Shown: positions 60,009-64,000 of the stretch, piece after piece
Layout: every line of letters begins with the position of its first letter
Position numbering within the stretch: position 1 is the first letter of the stretch
NCBI GenBank assembly: GCA_051294375.1
Contig: CM119267.1
Coordinates: forward strand, 7,730,683 to 7,794,682
From: Paraspadella gotoi
Lineage: Eukaryota; Animalia; Chaetognatha
DNA length: 64,000 nt
Direction: 5' to 3'
Notes under the pieces: model-generated
Told to the model about the DNA's origin: nothing
Databases searched by the model: none
What the model saw: the letters and a program-made list of their open reading frames with translations, nothing else
Position numbers and translations under genes: made by a program

Positions 60009-61379
60009 TCACGGGCGATGAAAACGCGTCAAATGCCGCGACATTTCGTGGACCTCCATCTCGGTGCCCTTGAAGTCATTGAGCTCCTTCCGGATGGACG
60101 CCTTGTCCCGAGGCGTGAGCCGCGTCCACGGTTTGTCGGCGTGACGGTCGTAGTCGATCGTCTCCGTCACCTCCACGTAGTCGTGGAAGCGAATGATTCG
60201 CTTCTCCTTGAGCTCCTCGATCGTCGGTCGGAAAGAGAGTTTCCTAGTGAGGATTTTCTTAGTTTCCTCCTTTTCCCTCCTCCGTCGCTCCGACTCCTCG
60301 TTTGTGAAGGTGGGTCGAAGTATGTTCCGCTGCTCCAATTCCTCGGCGGTGGGGCGGAGCGAGAGGCGGCGGTTGAGACGGACGCTAAGGATGCTGCGCT
60401 CGTTTCGCCGCATCTCCTCCGTCAGCGAGAGCAAGATGTTCCGCTCCAGGAGCTCCTTCTCGCGGGGCCGCTCGCGCAGGAGTCGCGCCAGATTCTCCTT
60501 GCGCACGACTTTGGCGGCAAGACGACATCGGTTGTCCGTACCGTCGTAGTCGCGGTACTTGAGCGGGTCGTCGAAGAAGTCGTCCGGCAAAAGGTGAGCA
60601 ATGTTCTCCTTATTTTCCAGATCGATGTCGCCAAAGTTTAGGAAGCCGCAGTGCACTACCTCCTTTTGGTACTTGAGCCGGCCGCCGCGGAGGGCGCTCC
60701 GGAGTGGTTTCGCCGCGAGGTTAGGTTCTTTAGCGGGAACCTGGTTGTGAGAAATGAAAAATGGTCCGTATAAAAATATTAGTATCGATTCAGGCGCCGG
60801 GTTTGATTAAAACGCGGGTTAATAAAAAATTCCATAAATACTACATACGGTCATTTGTCATCCAATCCTAATTGATATAAACCATTATCGCAGCTAATTC
60901 ACCTGGGTTACTTCTTGGTACTTCAGGTTGCTATTTGAGGAGTCGTCGCTTGCCTCTTCTTCAGAACTGTGTTCGTCGTCTTCGTCGTCTTCTTCGTCGT
61001 CGTCGGATCCGACACCATTTTCCGAACTCATTTCCGGCGGATTGTCGTAGTCATGTTCGGCTGAAAAGCGAGAAAAATAAGCTGAAGCTTCGCCAAAAAA
61101 ATTTTCACCTAATAAAAACCATAAGTCAACAAACTCGAACTTGATTAAAAAAAAGTTTTGATAACATTAGGCAATTTATCGAGGAAGTAAACAATTTATA
61201 ACGTTTTTTAACATTGTGTTTTTTCCTTTCTGTTTCGTTGTGATTTGATTGAGAACAAAGTTTTGAAGAGAGATTTAACAACGATTTTTATTTCATAGTG
61301 AAACGGACATGTTTCGACTCACATACTAGTCTTCTTCAGCGCCAATTCAATTTGTGAATTTGAAGAGAATTTTGTGCAT

Positions 61380-61446
<67 letters not shown>

Positions 61447-64000
61447 AAAGTTTCCAACACAGTTTGAGAGAAAGGATAGTGTTCAGTTTTTTTATTAGGG
61501 ACAGGCGAAGGTGAGGACAGAGATAGTTTGTGAAAAGAAATTGAAATGGAGAGAAATATTGCTGATGGGAGTAATGGGATTAAAATTCAAAACTGGTCGT
61601 GAAACAAAATTAAAATGTAAATTCATTAAATGACGAAAGAAAAGTGACTAAAAAAAATTCACCTGAGGTAGAGATTGACGCGTTAAACCTGACGCCGATC
61701 GGATGCTGATTAACTGGACTCCCTTGACTCAATCGATACACGGCCGAGTTGGGCGAGTTGGAAGGGAGGCTTCCGGGCATCGGACGCAGCGCCGGAAACC
61801 GCGCACTCCCGCCCGCTCCAGAAGCCCCCGAAGGCAGGACCGGAATACCGCCTTGGCGACCGTGTGGCGGCGCGCCCACAAGCGCCGTCGGGGCGAAATT
61901 CATACGAGATTGCGGTAGAGTAAAGGTCGAGGAAGAGGGCGATTGGTCGGATACGCCGCCGCCAATGCGGCCCGGCATCTCAACCGACTGTCGGGCAGCA
62001 ACGAACTCAGCCGACAAACGCCCCGGCAGTTCACTGCCCATGCTCGGAGACTTGATCATTCCACCATTAACGACGACGCTACCACCGCCATGGTGATGAT
62101 CACCGGAGTTCGTGTAGGGGCGGAAGGCGCTGGCTGACGGAGACACTAGTGCGCCGTTTTGGGCGGCAGAGCCAACCGGCGACCCGGCGTTGGCCATTGA
62201 CATGCTGAACATGGAAGGGCGCAAATTGCTCTCACTGGAGATAACGCCACCTGCCGAGGCCGGCGGGAGGGACGGCGGGCGCGGGAGGACGAAGGGCTTC
62301 GGTTGCATAGAGGCGCCGACCGGCGACGAAGCGGCGGCGGATGTGGATACGCCGCTGCCGCCACCCAAAGGGTTGTAACCAGCTGCGGTGGCAGATAGCG
62401 GCGAAGAGGCGTCGTGAGGCGCGTGATCGCTGGGCACGGACGCCGCCTTTATCAGCTGCGGCTTCGGATGGACCGGGGGTGGCGGACCTCCGCGGTAAAA
62501 GTGGGGTGGCTGACTATCGGACGCGGGCGACGAATATACGGGCAGTTGGCCGACGGGAGAGGACAAAGCCCCACTCCCAGGTAAACCGGACGTCGGTGTC
62601 CCGACGAGCGTTACGTTTGGGTTAGCGGAGCCTCCTCCAGCGCCTCCTATGATGGCTCGATCGGAGGAATTTGCGCGTTGTAACGCCGCCATCTGCGCGA
62701 CCAAGCCGCACTGGGCCGCGAGAATCTGGGATTGTCTATTGATTGAGATGCCCGCAAGGGGAGCCGAGTCGGAGTAGGCGTTGGGCGCCGTCGCCGCCGG
62801 AGGAAAGGATTTGGCGTTGACGACTCGAGAGGGAGTCGTCGTCGCATTATCGCCCCGAACCCCGGCGTCAGAGGTCGAAGACGTCATAGCGGGTCTTTCG
62901 ACGCCAAATCCGTCCGGTGCGGACGTCGCTGGCTTTTGTTCGTCGATAGTGCGGAGCAAATTGGCTAATTGAGTTCGGTCGCCATCGGATCCGCCGACTG
63001 CGCTGCACGAAATTGCATTTCCATTCGCGTCATCGTCACTCGGGCCGTTCGCCTCTTTTGACTGTTTCTCAGCAGGATCCTCGGCCACGGCGGCGGCGGC
63101 AGCAGCCACTGCCGCCGAAACTACGTCGCTTTGAGTCAAAGGAGTCGGGGCGTTGGCGGCGGCGACTTCCTTGCTCGAGTTTTTTTCCTTCTTTTTGCTC
63201 TTTCTCCGTATTCGCCATTTCCAGGGTTTGAAGATGCGCGCGAATCGCGAGAACCGACTCTTTTTGATCTTTCCGCCGCCAGCACCACCGGTGGCGCCCT
63301 CCGCCGCCTCCGCCTTCAACTTGTCAACGGAACTAAGCGTGTGATAGTGTACGTCGTTGCTTTTCTCGATGGCGCGTTCGGGCGAAGGGTCGCTGTTGGA
63401 TCGCGCTCGCGTCGCCCGGGTAGAGTTTGATCTCACAACGCGGGAAGAAGAAGCGTCGGCGGTGTGGTTCGATTCGGGGCCGAGTGAGGAGACGTCGCCC
63501 AGTAGGGGAGGTTCGCTCTGAAAAAGGAAACAATCCAAAATAATGAAGAGATTATTGTAAAAAGTCAACTTCAAAAAAATATTTTTCCAATATAATAACT
63601 TACATTCAATGTTTATAAAACTCTCATCTTAAGTGCGTTAAAATTCATCAACAATTTAAAAATTTTTGTGAGTTGTCGGAAATTTTTTTTAAGACGATTG
63701 ATGTCAAAACAACATGTGATATCATCTTTGTGTGGTCATGGTGAAAAAGTTAGTCGTTCAAGTCAATGGTTTACCTGAGTAGTATTGACCGAGTTGCAAC
63801 TCGTAGGTGTCTCTGGAAAACCCCCATCCTCGGAGGCTGTCGTAGATTCATCGATAGGACCGACGGCGATAGTTAGCGGCGCCTCAACGGACGGCGCCTC
63901 CGACTTCGTCTCCATCGTCGCGTCGGCGCGCTGGAGAAGATTCCAAAGGAGAAGAGTCGAAGGCGTCGACGAAGCTGCTTCCGTTACCGCGAAGGAGAGG
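60009..64000 (-). CDS. PHACTR: Phosphatase and actin regulator (PHACTR), 5' end outside the window
   Basis: Exons >64000-63775, 63517-61663, 61060-60903, 60740-60009. FKPWKW motif, KPLRSALR, three C-terminal RPEL repeats ([39 protein letters not shown]) and the PP1-binding end IRFHDYVEV...[14 protein letters not shown]...HLTRFHRP*. Confidence 0.96.
61301..61343 (-). ncRNA. Minimal type I hammerhead ribozyme (Penelope-like pseudo-LTR relic), intact core, sense in a PHACTR intron
   Basis: Minus strand reads GGCG-CUGAAGA-A-GACU(aguaugug)AGUC-GAAA-CAUG-UC|CGUU: conserved core, 4-bp helix II, palindromic ACAUGU helix III, and helix I GGCG/CGUU. AATAAA lies just downstream. Confidence 0.7.
61382..61445. 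repeat. (GA)n microsatellite
   Basis: About 32 GA units, adjacent to the hammerhead motif. Confidence 0.95.

Noticed and set aside
60018-60641. Long plus-strand ORF (207 aa) and other ORFs antisense to PHACTR, NOS and ZDHHC exons
   Set aside because: Shadow ORFs of GC-rich coding exons; no independent evidence.

Overview
Eukaryotic, intron-rich animal DNA (AT-rich introns, GC-richer exons, GT-AG splicing), probably a protostome invertebrate (inferred from the NOS and FE65 sequences). Exon chains were reconstructed by hand with phase checks. The window holds a complete 30-exon constitutive-type nitric oxide synthase (NOS, +, 1917-22605, ~1314 aa), a Ly6/uPAR-like three-finger gene (-), an atypical class A peptide-type GPCR (+), ZDHHC5/8 (-, two candidate C-terminal tails), FE65/APBB (-) and the 3' part of PHACTR (-). 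The most notable feature is gene nesting. NOS intron 4 contains an antisense, spliced, kinase-less CaMKII hub-only gene, while NOS keeps a CaMKII-consensus site in its autoinhibitory loop. NOS intron 12 contains an antisense PAM2 plus coiled-coil gene. A FE65 intron contains a same-strand four-exon orphan ORF. Also present are two Penelope-type minimal hammerhead ribozyme motifs (one intact core, one with G5A), hAT MITEs with 8-bp TSDs, a Tc1 relic, Helentron-like repeats and large palindromes. No database searches were run; family calls rest on recognised motifs.
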